A DNA stretch of 64,000 nucleotides, taken from positions 1,216,001 to 1,280,000 of the forward strand of contig OY843751.1 of assembly GCA_963693055.1 (NCBI GenBank), written 5' to 3'. Of this stretch, positions 10,218 to 20,139 are shown piece by piece. Position numbers and translations under genes: made by a program. The stretch's first letter is position 1, and every line of letters begins with the position of its first letter. Origin of the DNA: a bacterium. GTDB lineage: Bacteria; Zhuqueibacterota; Zhuqueibacteria; Residuimicrobiales; Krinioviventaceae. The notes below the pieces were generated by a model. It was not told the origin of the DNA, ran no database searches, and saw only the letters and a list, made by a program, of their open reading frames with translations.

Positions 10218-11258
10218 ATGCTGTACAAGTCTCTCGGTAATTCAGAGATATCTATTCCGCCTATTATTTTTGGTACCAGTTCTCTTGGTAATTTGTACCA
10301 GGCATTGAGTTATGAAACCAAATTCAAGATCATGAATGCTATTTATGAACAGATGGATGGTCCTTTTGTAATGGACACTGCCGGTAAATATGGTGCAGGT
10401 TTGGCACTTGAAGTCATTGGACAGGGATTGGATGATCTTGATATAACGGATGAAGCAATTATCAGTAACAAACTGGGTTGGATTAGGACACCTTTGAAAA
10501 CTCCCGAACCTATATTTGAACCGGGTGCCTGGATTGGCCTTGAAAACGATGCTGAGCAAAAGATCAGTTATAAAGGCATATTGGAATGCTGGGAACAGGG
10601 TTGTGAATTATTGGGTGGCAGAGAACCGCAGATCGTATCTGTGCATGATCCTGATGAATATCTGGCTCCGGCACAAAATGAAAAAGAACGAAAAGAACGA
10701 TTTGATGATATTTTGCAAGCCTACCGCGGGCTTGATGAACTTCGAAAAGAGGGTAAAACATCCGCCGTGGGTGTAGGCGCCAAAGACTGGCATGTAATAC
10801 GTAATATTGTGGAACAAGTGGATTTGGATTGGGTAATGCTGGCAGTAAGTTTTACCATATATACCCATCCACAAGAGATGCTCAATTTTTTGGATGAACT
10901 GCAAAAACGCAATATTGCGGTAATCAATTCTGCGGTATTTCATGCCGGATTTTTAACCGGCGGCAAATACTTTGATTATCAGGTATTGAATGAGCAGAAT
11001 GCTGAACATAAACATTATTTTGAATGGCGGGAACAGTTTTTTTCTCTTTGTAAAGAATGTCATGTACTGCCTTCTGATGCTTGTGTGCAGTTTGGAATGT
11101 CTCATCCTGCGGTTGTGAGTATTGCATTAAATACAAGCAAGCCGGAGCGAGTAGAACAGAATATTCGTTCTGTCTCAGCAGAAATCCCCAATGATTTTTG
11201 GGAAGCAATGAAATATAAAGGTTTGATGGATAAAGCTTATCCTTATGTAGCCAATTGA
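10218..11258 (+). CDS. Aldo/keto reductase, D-threo-aldose 1-dehydrogenase type (L-galactose/L-fucose dehydrogenase)
   Basis: FGTSSLGNLY, DTAGKYGAG, ISNKLG, VHDPD, GVGAKDW. Sits next to a lactonase and FucP. Confidence 0.82.
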   Translation: MLYKSLGNSEISIPPIIFGTSSLGNLYQALSYETKFKIMNAIYEQMDGPFVMDTAGKYGAGLALEVIGQGLDDLDITDEAIISNKLGWIRTPLKTPEPIFEPGAWIGLENDAEQKISYKGILECWEQGCELLGGREPQIVSVHDPDEYLAPAQNEKERKERFDDILQAYRGLDELRKEGKTSAVGVGAKDWHVIRNIVEQVDLDWVMLAVSFTIYTHPQEMLNFLDELQKRNIAVINSAVFHAGFLTGGKYFDYQVLNEQNAEHKHYFEWREQFFSLCKECHVLPSDACVQFGMSHPAVVSIALNTSKPERVEQNIRSVSAEIPNDFWEAMKYKGLMDKAYPYVAN

Positions 11259-11263
11259 GATGA

Positions 11264-12100
11264 ATGATGAAAATCATTGATTCACACCAACATTTTTGGA
11301 AATACACTCAATCGGAGTATGACTGGATTGATGACAGTATGCAGGTGTTGAAACGCGATTTTTTGCCACAAGACCTTGCCGCGGTTTATGCTGAAAATAA
11401 TATTTATGGATGTATCGCTGTACAGGCAAGGCAAAACCTTAAAGAAACCAATTGGTTGTTGGAGCTTGCTGAAAAGAATCCCTTTATTTTGGGTGTTGTT
11501 GGCTGGGTTGATCTTGTCAGCGAAAATGTTGATGAACAATTGGAAGCATTTACGGAATCAAAAAGTGCAGTTGGCGTTCGGCATGTTTTGCAGGACGAAC
11601 CGGATGACCGGTACATGCTGCAAGATGATTTTTTACGCGGTATTAGTCTGATTGAAAACTACGGGCTGGTTTATGATATTCTGATTTTTTCCCGTCAATT
11701 GCCATATGCTTGCGATTTGGTCAAACAGTTTCCTGAACAACAGTTTGTGTTGGATCATATTGCAAAACCTTTGATCAAAGACGGGATATTGGAATCCTGG
11801 GCCGGGAATATTCAGAAACTGGCGCAATATTCTAATGTGTCTTGCAAAGTTTCAGGAATGGTTACAGAGGCTGATTGGAATCATTGGACGGTTCAGGATT
11901 TTGGACCGTATCTCGATGTTGTGTTTAAAGCGTTTGGACCGGACCGGATTCTGTTCGGCTCGGATTGGCCGGTTTGTACAGTAGCCGGACAGTATAAGGA
12001 AATTTTGAATATAATTAAATCGTATTGTAATCCGTTGGATGTCTCTGATCAAATCAAAGTATTTGCAGACAATACGGAAAGAATATATAGTTTAAAGTAA
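11264..12100 (+). CDS. Amidohydrolase, L-fucono-/L-galactono-1,5-lactonase (COG3618 type)
   Basis: IIDSHQHFW, VGVRHVLQDE, FVLDHIAKP, CKVSGMVTEA, FGSDWPVC. Confidence 0.88.
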   Translation: MMKIIDSHQHFWKYTQSEYDWIDDSMQVLKRDFLPQDLAAVYAENNIYGCIAVQARQNLKETNWLLELAEKNPFILGVVGWVDLVSENVDEQLEAFTESKSAVGVRHVLQDEPDDRYMLQDDFLRGISLIENYGLVYDILIFSRQLPYACDLVKQFPEQQFVLDHIAKPLIKDGILESWAGNIQKLAQYSNVSCKVSGMVTEADWNHWTVQDFGPYLDVVFKAFGPDRILFGSDWPVCTVAGQYKEILNIIKSYCNPLDVSDQIKVFADNTERIYSLK

Positions 12101-12112
12101 CAGGAGTATACA

Positions 12113-13168
12113 ATGTCAAATAGTATGAAAGCAGCAGTTTTAACCGAATATAAAAATATTGAATGGAAAACCATACCAGTACCGGAGATCAGTGATGAAG
12201 AAGTGTTGATCCATGTAAGTTATGGCGGTATCTGCGGAAGTGATCAGCACATCTTTTTAGGAGAATTTGCACCGCGTACATCCACACCTCTTGTGCAGGG
12301 CCATGAATTTGGTGGAACTGTAACCAAGGTGGGCGATAAAGTAACGGGATTCAGGGAAGGAGACCGTGTTGTTGTGGACCCCATTATTCCATGTGGGGAG
12401 TGTGGTGCGTGTAAGGTTAAACATTATCCCGCCTGTACAACATTAAAGCTGGTTGGTGTAGATCTTGATGGCGGCTTTGCTGAATATGTCAAAGTTCATG
12501 AAGGCATGGTCTACAAGATCTCTGATAAAATATCAGACAGACATTCGGCACTGGTTGAACTTTTTTCAATAGGTTTTCATGCCAGCAATCGTTCCGGAAT
12601 TCAGGCGGGGCAGTCAGCATTGATCTGGGGTGGTGGACGTGTAGGTCAGTGCATTATGCAGGCTGCGCGAACCATTACTGATAAATCCATTTTTGTGGTT
12701 GATGTATTGGACAAACGTTTGGAAATTGCCCAATCTACCTGCAAGGATATTACCATTATTAATCCGTTAAAGGAAAATCCAGTTGATGTGGTTATGGAAG
12801 CAACCGGTGGTATGGGTGTAGATGTTGCCTTTGAAGCAGTAGGACATGGAAAGCATCTGGAGAATGTGCCGGACCCGGTTTTGGGATGTGTAAAGTCCAT
12901 TCGAGGTGGCGGAACCATCTGTGTATTAGGTTTGTCAGATGAACCAGTACCTCTGGTAATGAAACATATTATCTGGAAAGAAGCAAAGCTCATTGCTTCC
13001 CGTGTTAGCCACGGAGAATTTAAAGAGGCCATTGAATATATGGATAAAGGTGAGCTGAATCCTGAAGTATTGATCTCTGCAGAATTTGGCGGCGATCAGG
13101 CACAACATGCTTTTGAGATTCTGGACAAGGAACCACAAAACTATCTCAAAGTGTTGTTGAAATTTTAA
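12113..13168 (+). CDS. Zn-dependent MDR dehydrogenase (L-galactonate/L-gulonate 5-dehydrogenase-like)
   Basis: GICGSDQH, GHEFGG, CGECGAC...C, GGGRVG. Located between the lactonase and the mutarotase. Confidence 0.85.
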   Translation: MSNSMKAAVLTEYKNIEWKTIPVPEISDEEVLIHVSYGGICGSDQHIFLGEFAPRTSTPLVQGHEFGGTVTKVGDKVTGFREGDRVVVDPIIPCGECGACKVKHYPACTTLKLVGVDLDGGFAEYVKVHEGMVYKISDKISDRHSALVELFSIGFHASNRSGIQAGQSALIWGGGRVGQCIMQAARTITDKSIFVVDVLDKRLEIAQSTCKDITIINPLKENPVDVVMEATGGMGVDVAFEAVGHGKHLENVPDPVLGCVKSIRGGGTICVLGLSDEPVPLVMKHIIWKEAKLIASRVSHGEFKEAIEYMDKGELNPEVLISAEFGGDQAQHAFEILDKEPQNYLKVLLKF

Positions 13169-13180
13169 ATCAGAAAGTTT

Positions 13181-13582
13181 ATGGCAGAAACATTTAAACG
13201 CTATTGTAAAACATTAGAGTTGGTTGACAATTCTCAATTGATTGCAGAATACAAGAACCGTCATGCCATGGGTGCAGCCTGGTCGCAAGTGACTGAAGGA
13301 ATGAAAGCTGTTGGTATTCTGGATATGGAGATTTATATTAATGGTACATCTCTGTTTATGATCATGAATACCACGGCAGATTTTGATCACGATAAAGCTA
13401 TGGAAATGCTTGCCGGTTTACCCAGACAGCCTGAATGGGAAGCTTATATGTCTGATTTTCAAAAGACAGTCAAAGGTTCTTTGGAAAAAGAAAAGTGGAA
13501 GTTGATGGAACGCGTCTATAAAATGGAACAGGATGCGGAATACAAAGCAGTAGGCGGACAGGTTGAAAAAATAAATATATAA
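13181..13582 (+). CDS. L-rhamnose/L-fucose mutarotase family protein
   Basis: IAEYKNRH, GILDMEIY, LFMIM, EWEAYM, W.LMERV. Confidence 0.85.
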   Translation: MAETFKRYCKTLELVDNSQLIAEYKNRHAMGAAWSQVTEGMKAVGILDMEIYINGTSLFMIMNTTADFDHDKAMEMLAGLPRQPEWEAYMSDFQKTVKGSLEKEKWKLMERVYKMEQDAEYKAVGGQVEKINI

Positions 13583-13606
13583 TACTGTATTGAAAGGGTA
13601 AAAGTG

Positions 13607-14947
13607 ATGACAAATACAGCTACAGATCCAGTTACGGGTACCAGAAAAGAGACTGTCATTCCCAAAGAGTATTTTTTCTCATTTGTGTTGGTGACGAGTT
13701 TATTTGCTTTATGGGGATTTGCCAATGATATAACCAATCCCATGGTTGCGGCATTTAAAACCATATTGTTAACCAGTCATTTTCAAAGTTCTCTGGTGCA
13801 GTTTGCATTTTATGGTGGTTATTGTGTTATGGCAATTCCGGCAGCTCTTTTTATTAAACGATTTACCTACAAAAGTGGAATTCTTGTGGGGCTGGGTCTT
13901 TACTCGTTAGGTGCTTTGTTGTTTTTACCTTCCAGTTTGCTTGTAGCGTTTTGGGCGTTTTTAATCTCTTATTTCATTCTTACATGCGGTTTGTCTTTTT
14001 TAGAGACCAGTTCTAATCCTTACATATTGTCAATGGGACCAGAAGAAACATCTACTCGCCGTTTGAATTTTGCTCAGGCATTTAATCCTCTAGGTTCACT
14101 TACGGGTATGTTTATTGCCCAGCAGTTTATTCTGGCTCGTCTGGATGTTCGTTCTGATGAAGAACGACATCTCTTGTTGGAGACAGCCCCGGATAAATTC
14201 AGAGCATTACAGCTTAGCGATTTGGCAATTCTAAGAACTCCCTATATTATTATTGGTTTGATTGTACTGGTGTTTTTTCTGATTTTTGTATTGGCGCGCC
14301 TGCCTAAAACAAAAGGTGAAGAGGGTAAAGAACTTGATCTGAGTCCCACCTTGAAACGATTAGGTGCAAACAAAAAATATGTAGAAGGCGTAATAGCTCA
14401 GGCGTTTTATGTGGGTGTTCAGATTATGTGCTGGACTTTTATCATTCAATATGCTATGAATGAGTTGGGTATGACCAAAGATGCCGCACAAGGTTACAAT
14501 ATTATGGCTATGATCATTTTTTGTTCTAGCCGGTTTATCTGTACCTATTTGTTGAAATATTTCAGTCCCGGTGGTTTATTGATGAACCTTGCCGTCGCCG
14601 GATTGGTTTTGATACTTGGCACCATATTTATTAAAGGTATGGTCGGATTATACTGTCTGATTGGTGTGTCTGCGTGCATGTCTCTCATGTTTCCTACAAT
14701 TTATGGTATTGCTTTAAAAGGTTTGGGAGATGATGCCAAGTTGGGCGCAGCGGGTTTAATTGTTGCAATTGGTGGTGGTTCTATAATGCCGCCCATGCAG
14801 GCAGCAATAATGGATTTGAATGATTTTAATCTCGGTTTTATGACATTGTCCAGTACACGGGCATCTTTTGTATTACCGTTGATCTGTTTTATAGTTATTG
14901 CAATATATGGATTTAGAGCTTCATTGATTCATGGACATAAATATTAA
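13607..14947 (+). CDS. fucP: L-fucose:H+ symporter family MFS permease
   Basis: SLFALWGFAND, LVQFAFYGGY, FLETSSNPY, RRLNFAQAFNPLG, FYVGVQ, SLMFPTIY. Confidence 0.9.
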   Translation: MTNTATDPVTGTRKETVIPKEYFFSFVLVTSLFALWGFANDITNPMVAAFKTILLTSHFQSSLVQFAFYGGYCVMAIPAALFIKRFTYKSGILVGLGLYSLGALLFLPSSLLVAFWAFLISYFILTCGLSFLETSSNPYILSMGPEETSTRRLNFAQAFNPLGSLTGMFIAQQFILARLDVRSDEERHLLLETAPDKFRALQLSDLAILRTPYIIIGLIVLVFFLIFVLARLPKTKGEEGKELDLSPTLKRLGANKKYVEGVIAQAFYVGVQIMCWTFIIQYAMNELGMTKDAAQGYNIMAMIIFCSSRFICTYLLKYFSPGGLLMNLAVAGLVLILGTIFIKGMVGLYCLIGVSACMSLMFPTIYGIALKGLGDDAKLGAAGLIVAIGGGSIMPPMQAAIMDLNDFNLGFMTLSSTRASFVLPLICFIVIAIYGFRASLIHGHKY

Positions 14948-16374
14948 TGAGCATGAATCGAAGACAGTTTATTCGGAGGTTGGGTCAGGCAGCCGGATTC
15001 ATGGGACTATCCGGCTGCTCCTTTAATACACCGGCGGCTGATAAGCCAAATGTGCTGTTTATTTTTGCGGATGATCAGGCATTTGATACAATCAATGCAT
15101 TGGGCTATGAAGAGGTGCAAACACCGAACCTTGATCGTCTTGTTAAGAGCGGTGTTACGTTTACACATGCCTATAATCAGGGTGCCTGGCATGGTGCGGT
15201 TTGTGTAGCCAGCAGAACCATGCTAAATACAGGCAGATTTTTATGGGACGCTCAAAAATTGGAACCGGAACTGAAACAGGAGCAAAAGCATGGCCGGTTC
15301 TGGTCTCAGTATATGAAATCTGCCGGATATGAAACCTATATGAGTGGAAAATGGCATGTTAAGATTGATCCGCAACTTATCTTTGATCATGTTTTGGATG
15401 TAAGGCCCGGTATGCCCAATCAAACTCCTGAAGGATATGACCGGCCCCATAAGGGCAAAGATGATGTCTGGAAACCCTGGGATACCAGCAAAGAAGGATA
15501 CTGGAAAGGTGGCAAACACTGGAGTGAAGTGTTGGGCGATAACGCGGAAAAGTTTATTAATGATGCCCGGAATAAAGAGAATCCCTTTTTTATGTATCTG
15601 GCGTTTAACGCTCCTCACGATCCCCGCCAGTCTCCCAAAACGTTTGTAGAAAAGTACCCGGTTGAAGAAATATCAGTTCCGGAAAATTATCTGGATGAAT
15701 ACCCCTACAAAGATGCTATGGGTTGCAGTAAGGACCTTCGTGATGAGCGGCTGGCTCCTTTTCCCCGAACAAAATACGCTGTTAAAGTACATCGGCAAGA
15801 GTATTATGCAATTATCACCCATATGGATAAACAGGTTGGCCGCATTCTGGATGCGCTTGAAGCATCAGGTAAAGCTGAGAATACCGTCATCTTGTTTACT
15901 GCCGATCATGGATTGGCAATTGGCCATCATGGACTGATGGGAAAACAAAACATGTTTGACCACAGTATAAGGGTGCCTCTTTTTGTTTCCGGCAAAGGGA
16001 TCCCTCAGAATGTTAAAATTGATACCCCAGTGTATTTGCAGGATATAATGCCCTCAGCTCTCGAGATTGCAGGTGTTGTACAACCAGAGCAGGTCCGTTT
16101 CAAGAGTTTGATGCCGCTTTTGGATGGAAAGCAGCATGACCATTATGACAGTATTTATGGTGGTTATATGAATTTACAGCGGATGATTTGTGATGGGCAA
16201 TACAAACTCATCTATTATCCAAAGATTGAAAAAAATATTTTATATGACTTGGTTAATGATCCGCTTGAAATGAAAAATATTGCCGATGATCCTGCTTTTG
16301 CTGCTGTTGTTAGCAGACTGCAAAAGCAAATGATGAATAAACGTATTGAATATGGTGATCCTGCATTAGATTAG
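14947..16374 (+). CDS. Sulfatase (S1), Tat lipoprotein
   Basis: NRRQFI twin-arginine motif plus LSGC lipobox; PNVLFIFADDQ; CVASR; APHDP; ADHG; HGLMGKQNMFDHSIRVP. Confidence 0.92.
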   Translation: MSMNRRQFIRRLGQAAGFMGLSGCSFNTPAADKPNVLFIFADDQAFDTINALGYEEVQTPNLDRLVKSGVTFTHAYNQGAWHGAVCVASRTMLNTGRFLWDAQKLEPELKQEQKHGRFWSQYMKSAGYETYMSGKWHVKIDPQLIFDHVLDVRPGMPNQTPEGYDRPHKGKDDVWKPWDTSKEGYWKGGKHWSEVLGDNAEKFINDARNKENPFFMYLAFNAPHDPRQSPKTFVEKYPVEEISVPENYLDEYPYKDAMGCSKDLRDERLAPFPRTKYAVKVHRQEYYAIITHMDKQVGRILDALEASGKAENTVILFTADHGLAIGHHGLMGKQNMFDHSIRVPLFVSGKGIPQNVKIDTPVYLQDIMPSALEIAGVVQPEQVRFKSLMPLLDGKQHDHYDSIYGGYMNLQRMICDGQYKLIYYPKIEKNILYDLVNDPLEMKNIADDPAFAAVVSRLQKQMMNKRIEYGDPALD

Positions 16375-16403
16375 GGTAATGATGCAGATTGTCTATTCAT
16401 TCT

Positions 16404-16437
16404 AGAGGACCAGTTGGGTAGACTGGTCCTTTTTTTA
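16404..16437 (+). terminator. Intrinsic terminator
   Basis: AGGACCAGT / ACTGGTCCT stem followed by a run of T. Confidence 0.75.
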
Positions 16438-16497
16438 TTTGTATTCATGTTTTGAAAATTGTATTTTAATTAGATGTTTTGACGGAGGATGTACACC

Positions 16498-17169
16498 ATG
16501 GCTGATAAAGTAATACTTGTTCTTTCCTTGATACTCTTGTTTACCCTTTATGGTCGAAATACGAATGCCGCTACTTTTTTAACCATTGGAGATTCTAATG
16601 GTGCCAGTGAACACGGCTGGGTTGTGCAACTGCAAAAAATTTATCCCGATGTAAGAATTATTAACCGGTCTATTAGCGGTAATACCATTGGGTTTGATAA
16701 TAATGGTGACATTGGCTTGAACACATTACGTAAAATAGATCAATATCTTGCTACAGCCGTTAAGGATGCCAAACCTGAAAAGATTGATAAAATTCTGATT
16801 TGTCTGGGTACCAATGATTGCAAAGCCGTATTTGCCGACAGTCTGGCCAAAGTACCAGATAATATGAGGCAGTTGATTGTAAAAATACGTTCATTTTATA
16901 ATGAAAGCAGTCCCGAAATTATTATTGTTTCTCCACCGCCATACGGTCCTGATCGGATTTTGAAAGAAAAATATCATGGTGGTGATTCACGTGTCAAGGT
17001 ATTGACTTTTTTGCTCAGAGCTTTGGCTAAAGAAATGAACTGTGGATTTGTTGATATTTACTCTGTCCTTGAACCTGTTTATGAACAATATGCACCGGAT
17101 GGTGTTCATATGAAAGCTGAAGGACAAATGATTATAGCAAAAACCATTCAAGATTATTTGGATAAATAA
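16498..17169 (+). CDS. Secreted SGNH/GDSL hydrolase (putative carbohydrate esterase)
   Basis: GDSNG (block I), SISG, LGTND, DGVH. Signal peptide. ATG at 16498 fits the GGAGG spacing better than 16489. Confidence 0.85.
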   Translation: MADKVILVLSLILLFTLYGRNTNAATFLTIGDSNGASEHGWVVQLQKIYPDVRIINRSISGNTIGFDNNGDIGLNTLRKIDQYLATAVKDAKPEKIDKILICLGTNDCKAVFADSLAKVPDNMRQLIVKIRSFYNESSPEIIIVSPPPYGPDRILKEKYHGGDSRVKVLTFLLRALAKEMNCGFVDIYSVLEPVYEQYAPDGVHMKAEGQMIIAKTIQDYLDK

Positions 17170-17183
17170 AAAGGGAGTCTCTC

Positions 17184-18740
17184 ATGGCTGATGTATCTCG
17201 TAGAAATTTCACAAAAATGATGGCAGGGGGAATTATATCGAGTGCAGCCGTTACTTCTACAATTGCACCTAAAAATGCACAGGCTGCTAAAAAGAAACCC
17301 AATATTGTTTTTATCTGTTCGGACCAGCATAGTTATAAAGTCAATGGATTTATGGGGCACCCTATTGTACGAACACCCAATCTTGATCGTATTGCAAAAG
17401 AGGGTGTTGTGTTTGATAATGCCTACAGTGGGCATCCGGTATGTACCCCGGGACGGGCCAGTATGATGACAGGTATGTTTGCGCATGACAGTAATTCTTT
17501 CTGCAATTCAACCGTTTGGGATGGCAGTCAGCCGCTGTGGTCAAATTATTTAAAAGGTGAAGGGTATTATTGCCGGGCTATAGGCAAGCTCGATCTTTCT
17601 GATGAACATGATACCGGCTTTGAAGAAATTGAAACATCGCATGGACATCAATATAAACCGGATATTACCTCATTGTTTCGCAGACCGGTTGCATACCGTG
17701 TGAATGAACGCCCGAATGTTGATGGAAAGCCGCGTAATAAAGCGCACAAAGATGCCCAAAAAACTCAACTCGGACTCGATTTTTTACAAAAAGAAGCTAA
17801 AGATAAAAAACAGCCCTGGGCATTATACGTGGGTTTGACCCAACCGCATCCCGCTTTTGTTGCATTGAAAAAATATTATGACATGTATCCAACATACAGT
17901 ATGGATATGCCCAATATTCCACCGGGATTTTTGGAAGAACAACATCTGGTTTATCAGGAATTGCAGAGATTTAAAAGAATTGCAACTCCAATTAGTGAAG
18001 AACGGATACGCAAGGCGCGTGCCGCGTATTATGGAATGGTGTCTGAATTGGACGAGTATGTAGGCAAGATTTATAATGAACTGAAGCAGTCCGGCGAGTT
18101 GGAAAATACCCTGTTTATCTATACATCCGATCATGGAGAATCTTTGGGCGAACATGGTTTATGGTTCAAGAATAATCTGTATGATATGGCTGCACGTGTT
18201 CCGCTGGTAATGGCAGGTGCGGGTCTGCCAAAGGGTAAGCGGGTAAACGCACCGGTGGCGCATGTTGATGTAGCCGCCAGTATGCTGGACCTTGCCGGTT
18301 CAGATGGAGTTGAAAAACTACGTGGACACTCTTTGATCCCCATGGTGTTTGATCAAAAGGGTGACCATCCGGGATACGCGTTCAGCGAGTGTCATTCAGA
18401 GGGCAACGCAACCGGTTCATACATGATTCGTAAAGGCGACTGGAAATACATCCACTTTACCTGGTACGATGACATGTTGTTCAATATGAAAGACGATCCC
18501 GGCGAGTTTAATAACTTAATTGATGATCCCGCGGCTCAGGATGTAAGAAAAGAGCTTGAAGGTATTCTCAATTCACTGGTTGATGCGGATGCGGTTACCC
18601 TCAAAGCATTCAAAGCCCAGGAGGAAAAGTTGAACAGTATAGCTAAAGATAAATCCGTTACTGATTTGTTTGAACTGTTCAAAGGACGATTGGGAGATGG
18701 ACTTGCCATGGCGCTTGCAATGAAAACAAAAGGGAATTGA
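17184..18740 (+). CDS. Sulfatase (choline-sulfatase-like S1), Tat-exported
   Basis: SRRNFTK; PNIVFICSDQH; CTPGR; SDHGESLGEHGLWFK. Confidence 0.92.
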   Translation: MADVSRRNFTKMMAGGIISSAAVTSTIAPKNAQAAKKKPNIVFICSDQHSYKVNGFMGHPIVRTPNLDRIAKEGVVFDNAYSGHPVCTPGRASMMTGMFAHDSNSFCNSTVWDGSQPLWSNYLKGEGYYCRAIGKLDLSDEHDTGFEEIETSHGHQYKPDITSLFRRPVAYRVNERPNVDGKPRNKAHKDAQKTQLGLDFLQKEAKDKKQPWALYVGLTQPHPAFVALKKYYDMYPTYSMDMPNIPPGFLEEQHLVYQELQRFKRIATPISEERIRKARAAYYGMVSELDEYVGKIYNELKQSGELENTLFIYTSDHGESLGEHGLWFKNNLYDMAARVPLVMAGAGLPKGKRVNAPVAHVDVAASMLDLAGSDGVEKLRGHSLIPMVFDQKGDHPGYAFSECHSEGNATGSYMIRKGDWKYIHFTWYDDMLFNMKDDPGEFNNLIDDPAAQDVRKELEGILNSLVDADAVTLKAFKAQEEKLNSIAKDKSVTDLFELFKGRLGDGLAMALAMKTKGN

Positions 18741-18741
18741 T

Positions 18742-20088
18742 ATGAGACGAAGAGAATTTATGAAATCATTGGGAGTATTGGCGGCAACAACAATGACCGG
18801 CAGTATTGCCTGCTCGAAACCCAAAAAACTGCCCAATATTGTATTGATCATCTCTGATGATACCGGCTGGCATGATGTAGGATATCACGGATCAAAAATC
18901 AAGACTCCGGTTTTAGACAAGCTGGCAAAAGAAAATGTAGAGCTGGACCGGTTTTATGTGTATCCGGTTTGTTCACCCACGCGTGCTTCATTGTTGGGAG
19001 GAAGACCTCCAAGCAGATGGGGGATTAACGCACCCATAGGTGGCAGAAGTAAACAAGCATTGCCACATGAACAGCCTACGCTGGCGGGACTGCTGCAAAC
19101 AGTAGGCTATAAAACCGCTTTGGCTGGTAAATGGCACCTGGGATTACGACCGGAAGTGGGTCCCCGAAAATACGGATTTGACAGTACCTATGGCTATCTG
19201 CATGGGCAGATCGATCAGTATACGCATCATTATAAAAACGGAGACCGCAGCTGGCACCGCAATGACCAGTTTATTGATGAAGAAGGGCATGCAACCGATC
19301 TAATCACAAACGAAGCCAAGCGAGTGATCACCGAATGGAGCAAGGCCCCGGAGCCGTTTTTTCTACACATTGCATACAGTGTGCCGCACTATCCTTTACA
19401 AGAAGAAGATAGATGGGTTGAGCCTTATAATGATACTATTGAAAACAAGTCACGCAGATTGTTTGCGGCTTCCATGACGCACATGGATGCTCGTATAGGA
19501 GATGTGTTAGAGACCATAAAAGAATCCGGTATTGAGCAGGAAACCCTGGTGATCTATCTCAGTGACAATGGCGGGCAAAAAGACTGGTATCCTAAAACCG
19601 AGTATAACTTGAAGCATGGCCCCAATGATGTGCTGGGTAACAACCTGCCACTTAACGGATGGAAAGGGGATCTGTATGAGGGCGGCATCCGTGTGCCGGC
19701 AATTGTAAGATGGCCTGGTAAACTCGGCAGTGCCAAAGTGGATGAAACTATTATTGTTTATGATATTTTGACAACCGTATCCAGACTGACCGGTGTAACT
19801 TTTCAGCAGGATTGGGTATATGAAGGCATCGATGTTTGGCCAGCACTTGCTGAACAATCCAAGCTCCCGGAAAGGGTGTTCTACTGGCGCTCAAATAAAG
19901 AATATGCAGTGCGCAAAGGGAACTGGAAGCTGGTCCATGTTGGGAAAAAGCTGGAAGAGGGAGAAGAACTGCTGTTTGATGTGATTGCCGATCCCTATGA
20001 ACAATCGAACGTTTTGGACAATCATCCGGATATTGTGGCTGACTTGAAAGCCGAGATGGTAAAGCAAGCAGCAATGGATTTGGAATGA
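18742..20088 (+). CDS. Arylsulfatase B-like (S1), Tat lipoprotein
   Basis: RRREFMK plus SIAC lipobox; PNIVLIISDD.GW; CSPTR; GKWHLG; SDNGG; YEGGIRVP. Confidence 0.93.
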   Translation: MRRREFMKSLGVLAATTMTGSIACSKPKKLPNIVLIISDDTGWHDVGYHGSKIKTPVLDKLAKENVELDRFYVYPVCSPTRASLLGGRPPSRWGINAPIGGRSKQALPHEQPTLAGLLQTVGYKTALAGKWHLGLRPEVGPRKYGFDSTYGYLHGQIDQYTHHYKNGDRSWHRNDQFIDEEGHATDLITNEAKRVITEWSKAPEPFFLHIAYSVPHYPLQEEDRWVEPYNDTIENKSRRLFAASMTHMDARIGDVLETIKESGIEQETLVIYLSDNGGQKDWYPKTEYNLKHGPNDVLGNNLPLNGWKGDLYEGGIRVPAIVRWPGKLGSAKVDETIIVYDILTTVSRLTGVTFQQDWVYEGIDVWPALAEQSKLPERVFYWRSNKEYAVRKGNWKLVHVGKKLEEGEELLFDVIADPYEQSNVLDNHPDIVADLKAEMVKQAAMDLE

Positions 20089-20120
20089 AAAAAAGCCGCA
20101 AATTTTAGCGGCTTTTTTTT
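20088..20120. terminator. Bidirectional intrinsic terminator between convergent genes
   Basis: A-tract, GCCGC / GCGGC stem, then T-tract, between the sulfatase (+) and the nuclease (-). Confidence 0.8.
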
Positions 20121-20139
20121 ATTATGGTTTTACAAATAT

